Positions 61,661 through 64,000 of a stretch of 64,000 nt of DNA are shown here, piece after piece. The notes beneath the pieces were generated by a model. It saw only the letters and a program-made list of their open reading frames with translations. It had not been told where the DNA came from and did not search any database. Position 1 is the first letter of the stretch, and the number at the start of each line of letters is the position of its first letter. Position numbers and translations under genes: made by a program. The DNA lies in assembly GCA_030390025.1 (NCBI GenBank), contig CM059431.1, positions 131,752,001 to 131,816,000 of the forward strand. Reading direction: 5' to 3'. This stretch comes from Squalus acanthias. Taxonomy: Eukaryota.

Positions 61661-62403
61661 GGCCCTGAATTTGCGGTCAGCGGCTTCCCACGAAGAAATG
61701 CCTCCAATCCGCAAATAAAATGCCCGCGTACCTGGTGGTCCGGGAGGTACAGAGACTCGCGGTCTCGGGCCTCTTCGGGTACCCGCGGGCAGAGGCCCAC
61801 ATATCCTGGGGCGCAGGCGGTTCGCGAGCACCCCGGGATCATGTGGGCCGGCCCAACCAATGAAAGAAGGGATTCCCCATTCATACTTATCAGGATTCCG
61901 TATGTATGGAAACCCCATAGGCATGAATGGGAATACTCCAAAAAATACACCTAGACATCAAATAAATAAAATTTAAAAAATCACATTTTTAAAATTAATT
62001 AAAATTGCATTTAATTAAATATTTAAAACAAAATTTAATTTTTTGAAGAATAAATTTACATGTTTTAAAGTGGTTAAATATAACCTTACCTTATTGCACA
62101 GGTTTTTAAATGTATAAATTATTGATAAAATTTTATTTTTCTGTTTTTTAAAACTCTTACATTGGTAAAAGCAGGACTTATGCCTGCTTTTACCAGGCAT
62201 AAGAATTTCACGGGCATTCGCTGGGCAGAAGTTGGGCCGCCCGCGGATGCCCTTTTCTCAGGGATTCGTACGAATTCTCTTGACAGATCACAAGTTCTGG
62301 GTTTTAGCGCATGCACAGCGCATGCCTGAACCCGGAACTTGCGCGCCCTTTACGGGCACGTGCACAACTCATAAGCACCCGTAGGGGCCGCAAATTACAG
62401 CCC
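61661..62403. mobile_element. Harbinger-type MITE
   Basis: TIR GGCCCTGAATTTGCGG / CCGCAAATTACAGCCC; perfect TSD ATT. Confidence 0.85.
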
Positions 62404-62439
62404 ATTATTTAATCTCTTTAAAAATACTGTTGTTACAAT

Positions 62440-62790
62440 CTGGTGCGGTACTGCGGCCTATTGACAATAAGGTCCCAGGTTCAATCCCTGGTTTGTGCTG
62501 CATTAGCTTATATCAGCTGGGTTAACAGTAGGGGCACTGCTAGGGAGGGGAATTACATAAAATTATATAAACATTACAACATGGAAAAAGGCCATTTGGC
62601 CCAATAAGTCCATGTTGGTGTTTATCCTCCAAACAAAAACATCAACCAGAGTTCCTGATTCTGATCGCTATCCGGTGACTTCTGCTGGAAAGACTGCACA
62701 TGTGGATGATTGGTGAGAACCATGAGGAATGGGCATTTGCATAAGGCTTTACTCAGCCTGAGTTACTGCCTTTGTGGGAAAAGTGGACAG
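62440..62790 (+). mobile_element. old tRNA-derived SINE with a short CR1 tail insert
   Basis: B box GGTTCAATCCC; homologous to 20990-21780. Confidence 0.55.
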
Positions 62791-63200
62791 GAACATAGAA
62801 ACAGGAATAGGCCATTCGGCCCCTCAAGCCTTTCTTGCCATTCAATTAGATCATACCGTTGCTCCATATCCCTTAATAGACTTGCCTAACAAAAACCTAT
62901 CAATCTCAGTTTCAAAATTTTCAATTGACCTAGCTTCAACAGCTTTTTGATGGAGAGAGTTCCAGATTTCCCCTACCCTTGTGTGAAGAAGTGTTTTCTG
63001 ACATCACCCTTGAACGGCCTAGCTCTAATGTTATGGCCCCTTGTTCTGGACTCTCCCACCAGAGGAAATAGTTTCTCTCTATCTACCCTATCAAATTCTT
63101 TAATCATCTTAAACACCTCAATTAGATTAAGGGAATACAAGCCTAGTCTATGCATCCTGTCCTCATAATTTAACTCTTTTAGCCCCGGTATCATTCTGGG
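62791..63200 (-). mobile_element. CR1 3' fragment
   Basis: RMIPGLKELNYEDR...DREKLFPLVGESRTRGH. Confidence 0.85.
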
Positions 63201-63679
63201 GAAAAAAAATATGGTGCAGTTGATTGCCATGTTGCATACTGTTGAGTAGCTGGTTTGCTTAGATTAGGAATATCTCCTATTCTTGATTAGATACCACTTT
63301 AATCACAATGAAAGCAAAGTTAATAAAGACTGAAAGGTTTTCCTTTTGATTTACTGTATGTTCCAATAAGTAATGGAAAAAGTAGGAACTCAAGAATCAA
63401 AGGATCTTGTTGCAATGGTGCAGCTGAAATTCTGCAGGACCACAACTGACATATCAGTTTTCAACCTAAAGCTAACTTGAAAATGTTGTCAACTGAACAT
63501 TAAAATAGCACAGAACACTGGACTAGATGCAATGGATGCAAAAAGACAGATTTTTTTGTTATTTATACAATGCTGAATAATTCAGAATTTCCCTGAAGCC
63601 TATTAGCAGTGTTCATCATCTATCACTTGCTTTTCACTGGCAATTTTCTTTCCTTGCCTTCTCAATGGAATTTGTTGAC

Positions 63680-63960
63680 TCCTTGCTAGCTCATGGTTCC
63701 AGTAATTCACCCAAATGACCATTATTCAATTTTAAGCCTTATCATTAAGTGGTGATAGACTGTTACGGGTAACATGTCAGCCAACACTGATTCTGTTCCA
63801 ACCCAACATCCACACGTGGAGTTCGAGCAGTGGGTCACCTGGATAGCAACACACTGGAAATTCTGGACATCTTTCTCCTTCTTAATCAGGGGTGCTGAGG
63901 CTCGCTCTAGCCCCTATCTTATTTCAGCATAAATTGAGGTTCTATCACTTCTCAAGTGAT
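63680..63960 (-). mobile_element. old SINE, same family as 20990 and 62440
   Basis: Degenerate reverse-complement similarity (GGGTCACCTGGATAGC, CATCCACAC). Confidence 0.4.
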
Positions 63961-64000
63961 TCACTGTACACCAAAGCTCTTGAGTTGTTTCTGAGAGACA

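Overview
Vertebrate genomic DNA, almost certainly from a cartilaginous fish (shark): it carries HE1-type and SacSINE1/DeuSINE-type SINEs and shark-like CR1, L2 and Penelope families. More than half of the window is transposon-derived and heavily nested: CR1 and L2 LINE fragments, five Penelope-like element (PLE) 3' fragments, about 15 PIF/Harbinger-type non-autonomous elements and one hAT-like MITE. No intact cellular gene is visible; one 73-nt candidate coding exon (27602-27674, +) suggests the window lies inside a large-intron gene. The main observations are: (1) a UUUAAAC -1 slippery heptamer correctly phased at the ORF1/ORF2 junction of a near-intact CR1 whose ORF2 has no usable AUG; (2) minimal hammerhead ribozyme motifs in two PLE families; (3) two independent minisatellites amplified from Harbinger subterminal repeats; (4) a subterminal hairpin with a GCGCATG core shared across different MITE families; (5) a Harbinger derivative retaining a long open coiled-coil/AT-hook exon of its Myb partner gene while the transposase is reduced to its termini; (6) short locally templated insertions. 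All family names come from motif recognition by eye; no database search was run.
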